Shown in pieces: positions 8,862 to 17,847 of a stretch of 64,000 bases of DNA. Source of the DNA: a virus; the IMG/VR virus record IMGVR_UViG_3300028610_001991; one strand, 5' to 3'. Below the pieces are notes generated by a model. The model saw only the letters and a program-made list of their open reading frames with translations, made no database searches and was not told where the DNA came from. Positions within the stretch are counted from its first letter, which is position 1. Every line of letters begins with the position of its first letter. The position numbers and the translations under genes are program-made.

Positions 8862-9042
8862 TTAGTTTGAGTTTAATTTTTGTGAGTCAACTTCTTTTGC
8901 AGACTGACAATAAGCCGTAGGTTTTACTGTGAAAAAGTTAGCTGTAGAGCCTACTTCCTGTACTGGATTTCAATGCTTCCTTAGCTGCCTCTACCTCATT
9001 TTCAGCGTCAACATCTATCTCCCAAAATACTCTATATTCCAT
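8862..9042 (-). pseudogene. frameshifted small phage gene
   Basis: MEYRVFWEIDVDAENEVEAAKEAL stops at 8938; VQEVGSTANFFTVK continues in the +1 frame to TAA at 8862. Confidence 0.45.
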
Positions 9043-9047
9043 TATAT

Positions 9048-9251
9048 TTACTCCTCGAAATCAAATATTTCTATCTCAGCTTCTTTATTATCATAAAGAT
9101 AATCTCCGAGAGAGATAAATAGCTCTCCGTCTGTAAGTTTTTTAGCTAATTTTTCTTCGTCTATTTTACTTACATCAATCTTCTCACTCTTTATATTTGT
9201 GGCTATGGTTATTTTTGCACCGCGAACCCAACCTTGAAAACAAAAATCCAC
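9048..9251 (-). CDS. acidic hypothetical protein
   Basis: GGAGG RBS; ends EIEIFDFEE. Confidence 0.65.
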   Translation of the reverse strand: MDFCFQGWVRGAKITIATNIKSEKIDVSKIDEEKLAKKLTDGELFISLGDYLYDNKEAEIEIFDFEE

Positions 9252-9574
9252 TAATACACCTCCTGCATGTAATGATTATGATCATATTCTTCATCAAGAA
9301 AATTAATTACTTCGTCATATTCTTCTTCAGTAAGTTCTTTCACATTTTCGTCATCATCGTTCAAGCTATGTCCGCCTCCACCATTATCACTAGTTGCTTC
9401 ATATTCATAAGTGAAAGGAATAGATAATTCTCTACACAAGACTGTACCAGAAGCTTCAATGAGAATATAGTTATTATGTTCATTCACATGATCAATATGC
9501 TCAACAAATGCATCAAGACCAACATCATCTACTTCAAAATCAACATCATCTACTTCTATTTTTGTTATATTCAT
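9251..9574 (-). CDS. acidic hypothetical protein
   Basis: GAGG RBS; D/E-rich. Confidence 0.65.
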   Translation of the reverse strand: MNITKIEVDDVDFEVDDVGLDAFVEHIDHVNEHNNYILIEASGTVLCRELSIPFTYEYEATSDNGGGGHSLNDDDENVKELTEEEYDEVINFLDEEYDHNHYMQEVY

Positions 9575-9587
9575 AGTTTACCTCACA

Positions 9588-9628
9588 CAAAAATAAGGAG
9601 CTGCGGAAGGAGCAAGACCACAGCCCCT
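9588..9628 (-). terminator. intrinsic terminator
   Basis: Minus strand GGGGCTGTGG-loop-CCGCAGCTCC followed by TTATTTTT, just after gene 9635-9994. Confidence 0.75.
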
Positions 9629-9634
9629 ATAAAA

Positions 9635-9994
9635 CTAAGCTACTTTCCCTAGTAATTTAATTACTTCTTTAGCGTTAGGACTATTTTTCTGTACAGCATC
9701 TTCTATCGCTTTCCAGATAGGATCAATACTAACAGTTACATAGGAATATGCGTTTACCGGCACCCTTTTAAATGTAATATTAAACAGAGAGGTTAGGGCT
9801 TTATGGATTTCCGGTATACCCTTAGTAAACCCATTAGCAACAACAATCTTTTTTGTGCTGTCATAAATCTTTTTTGCTGCATTCTCTTTTGCCAGTTCAG
9901 CTTGTAATGTCTCATTGGCTTTTAGGTTAGCCTTCACCTCATCGTTAGCTTGTTTGCTTTTAAGATAAAGTAGTACCTCGTTCCATGTTAACAT
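9635..9994 (-). CDS. hypothetical protein (own promoter motif and terminator)
   Basis: AAGGAG RBS before MLTWNEV; Ala/Lys-rich. Confidence 0.75.
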   Translation of the reverse strand: MLTWNEVLLYLKSKQANDEVKANLKANETLQAELAKENAAKKIYDSTKKIVVANGFTKGIPEIHKALTSLFNITFKRVPVNAYSYVTVSIDPIWKAIEDAVQKNSPNAKEVIKLLGKVA

Positions 9995-10027
9995 ATGTTC
10001 TCCTTTTATAAAGTTTGTAAAACTCTT

Positions 10028-10061
10028 TGTACTAAAGCTGACTTTCGCCAGCAAAGTCTCA
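10028..10061 (-). promoter_or_regulatory. conserved 33-34 bp motif, copy 1
   Basis: TGAGACTTTGCTGGCGAAAGTCAGCTTTAGTACA on minus strand. Confidence 0.7.
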
Positions 10062-10084
10062 GTAGCGAAAGATAATTCGTTTTT

Positions 10085-10333
10085 TTATCTTTTTTTACCT
10101 TTGAAAGAAAGAGTAAATTCTGCTATTTTGTATTCAAAATTACTTGTTACATGTTTAATACTTTTGCCGGTAAGTAGTTTTTTAAACTCTTCTTCAGAAA
10201 GTATAAAGTTTGTTTCTTCTTTATCAGGGATATAACCTATGGTCATTTTATGTATGATCCTCATTACAAAATTCCTCACTGACCTCTTGATTAACATTCC
10301 ATGAACTATCAACATATTCTTTATCATACACAC
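10085..10333 (-). CDS. hypothetical protein
   Basis: Co-directional; start uncertain. Confidence 0.5.
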   Translation of the reverse strand: MCMIKNMLIVHGMLIKRSVRNFVMRIIHKMTIGYIPDKEETNFILSEEEFKKLLTGKSIKHVTSNFEYKIAEFTLSFKGKKR

Positions 10334-10442
10334 TTGAAGTATTAACGGTGTTCAGCTTTTTCTAATGCGCTTTTAAGATTATTAGCTGATACTGTTATTG
10401 TACCGACAATTGTATATTCTACAGCTATTCGGTATATTTTCA

Positions 10443-10640
10443 TCAATACACCTCACTGAATTGTGTATTAGGATCATCTAGTTCAACTTTAAGTTTATAA
10501 TAATATTCAACATCTTCTTTTGTAGGATCACAGTCTTTTTGTATATCATTATCCAGTACATCTACATCCAGATCAGAGTTTGTTGAGTATACATTCTGAA
10601 CAAGACCACCTTTAATAACTATAATTACCCTATCTTTCAT
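10443..10640 (-). CDS. acidic hypothetical protein
   Basis: GGAGG RBS; VIIVIKGGLVQNVYS..V.VLD.D motif typical of small phage proteins. Confidence 0.7.
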   Translation of the reverse strand: MKDRVIIVIKGGLVQNVYSTNSDLDVDVLDNDIQKDCDPTKEDVEYYYKLKVELDDPNTQFSEVY

Positions 10641-10921
10641 TGTTCCTCCTTATTGTCTTTCCAAGTAACATCAGTATCGTAGTCTTTAAATATACCACCG
10701 TCAGTAGGCACACATTCATTAACATTGAATGCAACTGCGTAACCTAAGCCGTCATCTGCGTATGAAGCTTTTCCATGTGTACCTCCAAAATGGTCAGTTA
10801 TAAGTTCAGCTAAACTAAAAAGAAAATGTAGGTATGAGTCTTGATCATCAATAATCTCCCGATCATGAGTTGCTTTGTGAATAATATCTCCCATTTCTTT
10901 GTCAGTGATTATTTTGCTCAT
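10637..10921 (-). CDS. hypothetical protein
   Basis: ATGA-coupled ORF. Confidence 0.7.
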   Translation of the reverse strand: MSKIITDKEMGDIIHKATHDREIIDDQDSYLHFLFSLAELITDHFGGTHGKASYADDGLGYAVAFNVNECVPTDGGIFKDYDTDVTWKDNKEEQ

Positions 10922-11121
10922 TTCTTTTCCTTTGGAATAATTGTTATTTCATCCTCTGTTGCAGTTATTTCCATATCGTCTTCTTCTTGAATAATCTCAC
11001 CGGAAGTATAACCCTTTACAATTAAATCGGCAATATGTTCTTTAGAAATATCTGTGAGTTCATCTATATCTGTTATAGCTAAGCTCCACCAACCTGTTTT
11101 CATTTTTCTACATTTCCCCAT
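10918..11121 (-). CDS. acidic hypothetical protein
   Basis: Coupled ORF. Confidence 0.6.
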   Translation of the reverse strand: MGKCRKMKTGWWSLAITDIDELTDISKEHIADLIVKGYTSGEIIQEEDDMEITATEDEITIIPKEKK

Positions 11122-11314
11122 TTAATACTCCTGTTTCAAAAGATGTTTCCAATGGAAATAAATCTGGTAAATCACATTCACATACTTTATCAAATATAAC
11201 TGTAGCACCCCTCACTACAAAATCTTCCACTGGTGATTTAAAATCTTCTGTAAAAATTATATCTTGTTGATAGATAAGACTGCGTACTGCACAATGAATA
11301 ATTCTTATTTTCAT
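11108..11314 (-). CDS. hypothetical protein
   Basis: GGAGG RBS. Confidence 0.6.
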   Translation of the reverse strand: MKIRIIHCAVRSLIYQQDIIFTEDFKSPVEDFVVRGATVIFDKVCECDLPDLFPLETSFETGVLNGEM

Positions 11315-11541
11315 CAGTCCTCCAGTGTATGCTCTAAATATGTTATCATATCAAATTCTGGATTAATACCGTATTGTTTACCCAGCTCTCCTTCCACATC
11401 CAATTCGTCTTTAGCTTTTATTTTTTGTATACCTTTAACAACTCTTTTTGCACTTTTCTCTTTCTTATAAACTCCTGCAATATCACCATAAGTGTCAGGA
11501 TAACCTTCAATTACAGTTATAACAATATAAACTTTCATCAT
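11314..11541 (-). CDS. hypothetical protein
   Basis: GGAGG RBS. Confidence 0.65.
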   Translation of the reverse strand: MMKVYIVITVIEGYPDTYGDIAGVYKKEKSAKRVVKGIQKIKAKDELDVEGELGKQYGINPEFDMITYLEHTLED

Positions 11542-11867
11542 TCCTCCTGTGTGTCCGGTACTTCAAACACTCTTGTTCGAGTAACTAATTCAGTTATCAG
11601 TTCTTCTTTTGTATCAAATTCAGCACACCCTTCTATCTGTACAATAGTCCAATTACGGCCAAGAACAGGATAACAGTCTTCATTGTTTTCTCTTTGAAGA
11701 TCATCAGTATTACTAGTCCTATATCTTTCTAATATGTTCTTTAATTTACTTGCAAGCGCACTTTTAGTATTAAATACTATTTCAGAACACTCACTCCATA
11801 GTAACTCTTGATACTCATTTTCACCGTCCTGCGTTTTTACAGTAATTAATAAATATTTCTTAGCCAT
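11538..11867 (-). CDS. hypothetical protein
   Basis: GGAGG RBS. Confidence 0.7.
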   Translation of the reverse strand: MAKKYLLITVKTQDGENEYQELLWSECSEIVFNTKSALASKLKNILERYRTSNTDDLQRENNEDCYPVLGRNWTIVQIEGCAEFDTKEELITELVTRTRVFEVPDTQEE

Positions 11868-11916
11868 TATACCTCCATAAAATAAGTTGCTTCATTAAGC
11901 TCATTTACTAATTCAG

Positions 11917-12168
11917 TTATTTATCCTCAAATGTAAATTGGTCACTTTGTAAGATTTTAAGATCACTCTCAACCGCATCCTCTTCGTTTATTTCCTCCGT
12001 AGTTTCTTCCAGAGTTATAAATGTATTTTTTAAAGAGCTGTGGTTTTCTGAAAATATATCCCGTGCAATACCTTCACTGTTTTCGTTGATCAGTGTTTCG
12101 TCTAATAGTTCATTACCATCACAAGCATAGAGGTATGCTTTCCATGCTTTTACCAGTACCTTAGACAT
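11917..12168 (-). CDS. acidic hypothetical protein
   Basis: Co-directional; D/E-rich. Confidence 0.65.
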   Translation of the reverse strand: MSKVLVKAWKAYLYACDGNELLDETLINENSEGIARDIFSENHSSLKNTFITLEETTEEINEEDAVESDLKILQSDQFTFEDK

Positions 12169-12362
12169 TACCTGCCCCCATGGAAGACATAACTATAATA
12201 GCTGCTTCTTTACGTGAAATTCCGCGTTTCTCATTTTCCTGTTCACATACCTCACAAGCTTTCTTGTATGTATCTCCCCAGTACCAAGGCTCTGCACAAG
12301 AACCATTACCCTTCATAATTTCTTACATTTGAATTTTAATTCTTTCATACTCTCAGCTCCTT

Positions 12363-12761
12363 TTAATTAAAACAGTTAAACCTTAGTGCTTTCTTCTTAA
12401 TACCTTCACCAATATTTGTATACTCTTTATCCATTATCTGTTCAGAGTTAAGCTCCTGTTCAGAGTCGTCAACATGATTGCGGATATAGAATATCTCACC
12501 ACCATAATTAATTGTCTTACTGCTTCTTAGCCCGCCGTTAAGCATTAGTCCAAACTCAACACCATTTTCATACCCATAGTCTCCGGCTTTATTACATATC
12601 TCTTTTAGCTGATCCAGTGAATTAACAGTAATCTGTCTTTTGAAATATTCTGTCATCTGGGCATCAGATAGTTTTGTCCAGTACCCAGGGCTAATTATAG
12701 GAAATAGTGCTTTCAGTCTGAGTATAATTTCTCGTCTACTGTACTTACTTAATTTTTTCAT
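12363..12761 (-). CDS. hypothetical protein
   Basis: AGGAG RBS. Confidence 0.7.
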   Translation of the reverse strand: MKKLSKYSRREIILRLKALFPIISPGYWTKLSDAQMTEYFKRQITVNSLDQLKEICNKAGDYGYENGVEFGLMLNGGLRSSKTINYGGEIFYIRNHVDDSEQELNSEQIMDKEYTNIGEGIKKKALRFNCFN

Positions 12762-12772
12762 ACTTTGCTCCT

Positions 12773-13003
12773 TTACTGCACTATATTAAGAACATGCTGC
12801 CTAAGCTTGCCTGGTATAGCATGCCCGCTGTTTCTACTACATTTAACAGTATCATAACCGTCTGATTCATTAGCTAGTTCTGCTGCCACACCGTGTTTAC
12901 TGATACGGTTTATTATAAATCCGTCATCTACTCTTTTATGTTCAAGTTCTGCTTTACAAACAGGACATTCATACTTCATACTCACCCCCTCAAAACATAT
13001 CAT
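12773..13003 (-). CDS. small Zn-binding protein
   Basis: CPVC...C...H; start probably MKYECP. Confidence 0.65.
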   Translation of the reverse strand: MICFEGVSMKYECPVCKAELEHKRVDDGFIINRISKHGVAAELANESDGYDTVKCSRNSGHAIPGKLRQHVLNIVQ

Positions 13004-13337
13004 TTTCTAATAAACCTTTGTCTATAAACTCAGTAATATCTTTATTGCATTTCGGACATTTAAAGATACCGTAACTATCTCCAGTTAAACCTTTAATACT
13101 GATTTTGTGTTTACAGTGAGGACAGTCCATAAAGGGACGACTTTCAAGACCTAAGTTTGCATTAATAATACTGGTAATAGTAAATTCTTCTGTCCACTCT
13201 TTATGGCACTCATTACATATAACATTACGCCAAGCATTAATATAACTAAAACCGGTATCACTGCCAGTGGTATTTTTGCTTCCACAGTAAAGACAGGTAT
13301 TTGGCATTTTCAAATATTCTTCTATATCAATATCCAT
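12990..13337 (-). CDS. double Zn-ribbon protein
   Basis: CLYC/CNEC and CPHC/CPKC. Confidence 0.7.
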   Translation of the reverse strand: MDIDIEEYLKMPNTCLYCGSKNTTGSDTGFSYINAWRNVICNECHKEWTEEFTITSIINANLGLESRPFMDCPHCKHKISIKGLTGDSYGIFKCPKCNKDITEFIDKGLLENDMF

Positions 13338-13353
13338 ACCGGCCTCCCTTTTT

Positions 13354-13536
13354 CTAATTTTTATACATTAAATCTTCCGCTACTGATAAATCAAACTTAC
13401 CCTCAAACCAGTGCCATATTTCTTCCCTGTGTGTACCAACACCAAAATGTAAAAATCTCTGTTCTATCTCCTCGTCTTCATTTATTGGTATATCACCTAA
13501 TCTTAACCATAGCTTTTTTGCTTTCGTATGCATCAT
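13354..13536 (-). CDS. hypothetical protein
   Basis: LW..LGDIP.N....IE..FL.F..GT.REEIWHWFE conserved-looking phage motif. Confidence 0.7.
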   Translation of the reverse strand: MMHTKAKKLWLRLGDIPINEDEEIEQRFLHFGVGTHREEIWHWFEGKFDLSVAEDLMYKN

Positions 13537-13703
13537 TTGCTGTCTGTTATATCCCAGTCTTTTATTTCAGTATCTTCGATTTCAGCATTATCAGTATTAC
13601 TGATGAAGTCGTAATCCATTTCCTCAAGCACTTCGTTAATATCGATACCTTTGTTTGCTCTGATTATTAATCGTACCTTTACATCAACATATACTTTTCT
13701 CAT
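13533..13703 (-). CDS. 56-aa acidic protein (not in ORF track)
   Basis: AGGAG RBS; MRKVYVDVKVRLIIRAN...DWDITDSK; TGATG coupling. Confidence 0.65.
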   Translation of the reverse strand: MRKVYVDVKVRLIIRANKGIDINEVLEEMDYDFISNTDNAEIEDTEIKDWDITDSK

Positions 13704-13726
13704 ATTTATCTCCTACATTGATTAAA

Positions 13727-13918
13727 TTATTCGCAACTTCCACAATGCTGCCAATCACAGTGATAACAGTTATTCCCGCAATAACCCATACGCTCTCCGT
13801 CTAATTCATATCCACAATCAGGACATATGGATACATTACACTTTAAACAAAAAATAGAACAACGGTCTGCTTCATACTTAGTTCCACATCCTTTACATAT
13901 AATGGTTTCTTCATCCAT
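13727..13918 (-). CDS. Cys-rich Zn-finger protein
   Basis: Multiple CxxC in 63 aa. Confidence 0.65.
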   Translation of the reverse strand: MDEETIICKGCGTKYEADRCSIFCLKCNVSICPDCGYELDGERMGYCGNNCYHCDWQHCGSCE

Positions 13919-13919
13919 C

Positions 13920-14393
13920 TTATTTGTTCCTCAATACTGCTTCTAATATTTCAACAGCTTCTATGGAACCCCATTCTTTCAGTTCATTAATTGCATATTT
14001 AATACCGTCTTTCAGTTTATCAACTTTATTATCCCAGACAATTTCCGGATGTTCAACATACCCGTCAGTATGTATCCTGAAACTACCACCACCAAATTGG
14101 CCAGGATGCATTTTGTCACAAGTAAAAGCATTTCCAAATATAAGATAAGGAAGTTTATTTTTCTGTATAAGTTTACCCAATGCTGTTAAAAAGGGTTCAG
14201 GCAAATTGTTTTCATCTCCGCAGCCCCCCGCATACATGTAAAAACTTTTGTGTTTTTTATAATATTCAAATGTAAATCCGTGAATATTACATTCATCTTC
14301 AGATTGCTCTGCTAGCCTTATCAGTATATCCGCTTCCTCTTTAGTTGCTTTTAATGCCTGTGCTGGCGTACATTGCACATAGTTATTAGCCAT
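13920..14393 (-). CDS. hypothetical protein
   Basis: GGAGG RBS; MANNY start, AFTCDK..PGQFGGG motif. Confidence 0.75.
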   Translation of the reverse strand: MANNYVQCTPAQALKATKEEADILIRLAEQSEDECNIHGFTFEYYKKHKSFYMYAGGCGDENNLPEPFLTALGKLIQKNKLPYLIFGNAFTCDKMHPGQFGGGSFRIHTDGYVEHPEIVWDNKVDKLKDGIKYAINELKEWGSIEAVEILEAVLRNK

Positions 14394-14590
14394 CAGTCCT
14401 CCCCATTTACATGGTCAAGAAATTCTCTGTGTGTTGAGTACCTTTCAAATATCTGTTCAAGTATATCAGCTTTCAATATCCAGTGTCCTTGTTCTACCTT
14501 TTCCCCGTGCTTAATTATTTCAACACTTTGATCATGGAATAAATCTAATACAGCCCGCTGTTCCTTTTTAGTTAGCTTATATACTCTCAT
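14393..14590 (-). CDS. hypothetical protein
   Basis: Coupled ORF. Confidence 0.6.
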   Translation of the reverse strand: MRVYKLTKKEQRAVLDLFHDQSVEIIKHGEKVEQGHWILKADILEQIFERYSTHREFLDHVNGED

Positions 14591-14653
14591 AAGACTTGTT
14601 CCTCAAAATCAAATATTTCAATTTCTTCATCGCTGCTGCTGTATAGACAATCA

Positions 14654-14839
14654 CTAGTCATGTTTTTCCTCTACAACATGACCACATTCACCACAGCAGT
14701 AACAAGAGCTATAGTCTTTTCCAATGCTCAACTTAGCATAACACTTACCATCCCAAGCCCTAGGCTCAACATAGCGGGTATATATTTTATCAACTTTATC
14801 TGGATATTTTTTGCATTTTGGACAGTATAAGTATTTCAC
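14654..14839 (-). CDS. small Zn-ribbon protein
   Basis: CPKC...CGEC. Confidence 0.65.
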   Translation of the reverse strand: MKYLYCPKCKKYPDKVDKIYTRYVEPRAWDGKCYAKLSIGKDYSSCYCCGECGHVVEEKHD

Positions 14840-15876
14840 TATTCACCTCTCGTTACTAATTGCTTTTTGTCAACACCGGCAGCAGCCAGCATTTTCTGCA
14901 TAAAGGCTACTTGTTTATAACTGTCAATTTCTTCTGTACCTTCTGGAACAAGACCGAAATACTCACCTTGAAAACCGGCCATAACTTCACCTGGCGAGTC
15001 TTTATAATCATCAAAGTCATCACTCTTAACTGCTCTGCAAAATAATTCAGGCCTGAACCAGTATTTAACGGGTAGCTTTTGTATATTACCGACACTGATT
15101 TGAACATACCCAAGATTATGAAAACCACTTGTATCTCTCCATTTCCAGTTTTCCCGTACAATGTTCATTACAATTCGTGCTTTATTGATAAACTGTTTTG
15201 TATATTCTGCAGCATAACCGGCATATGTTTTCTCAAAACCAAATACACGGCGTGTATCATCATCAACATCTTTCAATATTTCCCGATTTATCTCGTTCAT
15301 TAATTTTGTCTTTGAGTTTATAAACGAAATAAATGTCCAGTGTCTTATACGTTCTTCCAAATCTTTAATATCCGGTAACACTCTACCTTCACGAATATAC
15401 ACTTGTGGACAAAGCAAAAACTCACCTTCATCACGCAAGGTTATTTTTGTATTCGGTAACTCTTTAGATATTTGAATGAGTGTTAAATATACCATCATAG
15501 CATTTAGTTCATTACCGCCGACTTTGGTAGACCCACTTGTTTTACTCCGGTCATCATCTTTGAGATAAACTAACTTTTCCGATGCAAGCTGTTTCACAAT
15601 GTCAATATGATTTTTACCTTCACTCCCAAGCTCATTGTATCTCTTTTCAATATGTTCCTCGCTTTCAGCTTTTCCTTCACCTTCTATATTCCAGCTTTTT
15701 TCTTTCCAGTAAGGATAATAGCCGTACACATCAAGGTCGAAATTTTCGCAAGTCCATAGCTTACCAACCTCTCCCGTGTTTAATCTTTGTGAATTATCAA
15801 ATATGTAAAGTGCTTCTCTATCAGTAAAACTCTTTCCGTTCAACTTCTCAATATCATAGTGTAATGTTCTTCCCAT
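14839..15876 (-). CDS. hypothetical protein (345 aa)
   Basis: Long ORF, largest unassigned gene of the early block. Confidence 0.85.
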   Translation of the reverse strand: MGRTLHYDIEKLNGKSFTDREALYIFDNSQRLNTGEVGKLWTCENFDLDVYGYYPYWKEKSWNIEGEGKAESEEHIEKRYNELGSEGKNHIDIVKQLASEKLVYLKDDDRSKTSGSTKVGGNELNAMMVYLTLIQISKELPNTKITLRDEGEFLLCPQVYIREGRVLPDIKDLEERIRHWTFISFINSKTKLMNEINREILKDVDDDTRRVFGFEKTYAGYAAEYTKQFINKARIVMNIVRENWKWRDTSGFHNLGYVQISVGNIQKLPVKYWFRPELFCRAVKSDDFDDYKDSPGEVMAGFQGEYFGLVPEGTEEIDSYKQVAFMQKMLAAAGVDKKQLVTRGE

Positions 15877-16083
15877 CCTTTACCCCCTAATTTAAAATAC
15901 TTGATTCTTTTGCAATTATTCTAAGTTTATTACCAGTTAATTTCTTCCGTAACCATTTATGATATTTTTTTATCATCAGTAGTATTAATACCGAACTGCT
16001 CAGGTATTGAAGTACCTTCCATATAAACTGCTACATACAATCCTATTTCATATAGTTGAGTAATAACTTTGATTCTCTTCTTT

Positions 16084-16290
16084 TTATCTACGTAAGTCGT
16101 TACCATACTTGCTCCTGTTAATCTTTTTATTTAAGTCTGCCTCGTCAATTAATACTTCTTGCAAATCATCATCAAGCCACATCAAACAACCTTCTTTTTG
16201 ACATAGAGGACAGTCCTCCCTACCTATATCAACAAATAATTCTGTATCACAATTATTGCATCTTACATAATCAGCCCAATTTTCACCCAT
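16084..16290 (-). CDS. small Zn-ribbon protein
   Basis: CNNC...CPLC. Confidence 0.65.
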   Translation of the reverse strand: MGENWADYVRCNNCDTELFVDIGREDCPLCQKEGCLMWLDDDLQEVLIDEADLNKKINRSKYGNDLRR

Positions 16291-16492
16291 TTTTATGCTC
16301 AGCTAAGTAATCATCCACTTTTCGTAGGTGATAAAATACATGGTTTTTATCTGGTAGATTTTCAATATTCTCATATTGCGGGTCATCAGTATCAATACCA
16401 GTTATTTCTTCATAATGCGCACATTCTTCTGAATAAGAATAACTGATAATCTCGATTATAGATTTTATAATATCATTTGGTATTTCCATCAT
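16283..16492 (-). CDS. acidic hypothetical protein
   Basis: GGAGG RBS before MMEIPND. Confidence 0.6.
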   Translation of the reverse strand: MMEIPNDIIKSIIEIISYSYSEECAHYEEITGIDTDDPQYENIENLPDKNHVFYHLRKVDDYLAEHKNG

Positions 16493-16664
16493 TATCCTCC
16501 GTGTAATAACCCTTATCATCAGTATTAACGAGTTGACCCTCAAAGTATGTGTTATTTTCATAAAACCCAATAACTTGAAATTTACCGTTTTCATCAAGTA
16601 TAAGAAGTGCTCCGATAGAGAATATCTTGTCACCAGCTTTTAAGTAATGTTTTTTACTTGTCAT
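16473..16664 (-). CDS. hypothetical protein
   Basis: AAGGAG RBS directly after the conserved motif. Confidence 0.65.
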   Translation of the reverse strand: MTSKKHYLKAGDKIFSIGALLILDENGKFQVIGFYENNTYFEGQLVNTDDKGYYTEDNDGNTK

Positions 16665-16678
16665 ACTTTTGCTCCTTC

Positions 16679-16711
16679 TGTACTAAAGCTGACTTCCGCC
16701 AGTTTGTCTCA
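16679..16711 (-). promoter_or_regulatory. conserved 33-bp motif, copy 2
   Basis: TGAGACAAACTGGCGGAAGTCAGCTTTAGTACA on minus strand. Confidence 0.7.
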
Positions 16712-16925
16712 AGCCAGCAGAAATTGCTTACCGGTTTTCTTACTGTAACCGAATAAACAACCGTTACCATTGCCTTCTTCATCACAACTGGCATATATAA
16801 CTACGCCATTATCAAACTCAATAGCTGTTGTCGGATTATATGTATCGTTTTCCCAACCTTCATTTGCTAATTCTTTATCGGTCATTGGCCGTACCTTTAT
16901 ATGTTCTGGCTATTATATTTTCCAC
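16709..16925 (-). pseudogene. frameshifted small phage gene
   Basis: AGGAG RBS plus GTG start is out of frame with VRPMTDKELANEGWE...IYASCDEEGNGNGCLFG body. Confidence 0.5.
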
Positions 16926-17155
16926 TATACTAACTCCTTTAAATCGGGTATTGTAACTTGGTCAGGGTTTTCCTTTGTTCCTACAAATACTGAATACCCT
17001 ATATCGTCAAGTTTATAACCAATCCCTAATAGAAAATCAACTGCTTCTCTTTTTGATTTAAACTTTCTTATATTACCGTTTTCACTGTCAAGAAGAAATT
17101 CTTTAGAGTTTAATGTGATGTTCTCAATGTGTTTGCTTATAACAATATTAAGCAC
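16925..17155 (-). CDS. hypothetical protein
   Basis: GGAGG RBS. Confidence 0.65.
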   Translation of the reverse strand: MLNIVISKHIENITLNSKEFLLDSENGNIRKFKSKREAVDFLLGIGYKLDDIGYSVFVGTKENPDQVTIPDLKELV

Positions 17156-17846
17156 TTATTGCCTCCCTTATTTCAAGAGGAGCATTACCTTTTATCTGTG
17201 CTTTGAGCTTTTTATTATGTTCCTCTAACTTATTTTTTATCTCACAGTTAATCTCACCTTTAGCTGAAGGAAGTAAATCGCTCTTTTCAAAATCATATCC
17301 GTAGTATCCCCAGCAACCACCTTTCTCATTACCTTCCGGATCTTCAATCATATACCCATATACATCGCCTGCACAGTACTGGTCATAGGTTTCTACTTCA
17401 GCAGTTAATACCTGTTTAGCTTTCTCAAGCATAACTTTTGATACTCTTTTGGAGCTACATTTACCGTCTTTATAACTGCCACAACATTCCAGTATTTTCT
17501 TTCTGGTAGTATAGGTAAACCCTATCTGCCCACTGTCAAAATGTGCGTGCCCCTGTGGTAGTCCGCACCCATAAAAATTACCGATTTTAATATGAATACC
17601 GGAATGGTCATACATATAAAGCGGAGAAATCAAGACAGCTCCTTCCTCAACAAGATACTTATACAATTCTTCCCAACTGTCAAACATATCAGATGTGAGC
17701 TTTGTTTTATCTCCCAGTGTGTGTCTCCCATGAAAGCAAACCATAACCCCAAGATTATCCCATTCTCGTGGACTTTCATTAATAGTGTCATCAGGATAAA
17801 TGTTAATCTTATAACCTTTGTGTTCAATTGTTTTTATACTATCCAT
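17148..17846 (-). CDS. conserved phage protein
   Basis: AGGAG RBS before MDSIKT; ESPREWDNLG.M.CFH..H.LGD, PLYMYDHSG, DSGQIGF, Y..G.VYGY, CWGYYG motifs. Confidence 0.8.
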   Translation of the reverse strand: MDSIKTIEHKGYKINIYPDDTINESPREWDNLGVMVCFHGRHTLGDKTKLTSDMFDSWEELYKYLVEEGAVLISPLYMYDHSGIHIKIGNFYGCGLPQGHAHFDSGQIGFTYTTRKKILECCGSYKDGKCSSKRVSKVMLEKAKQVLTAEVETYDQYCAGDVYGYMIEDPEGNEKGGCWGYYGYDFEKSDLLPSAKGEINCEIKNKLEEHNKKLKAQIKGNAPLEIREAISA

Positions 17847-17847
17847 A

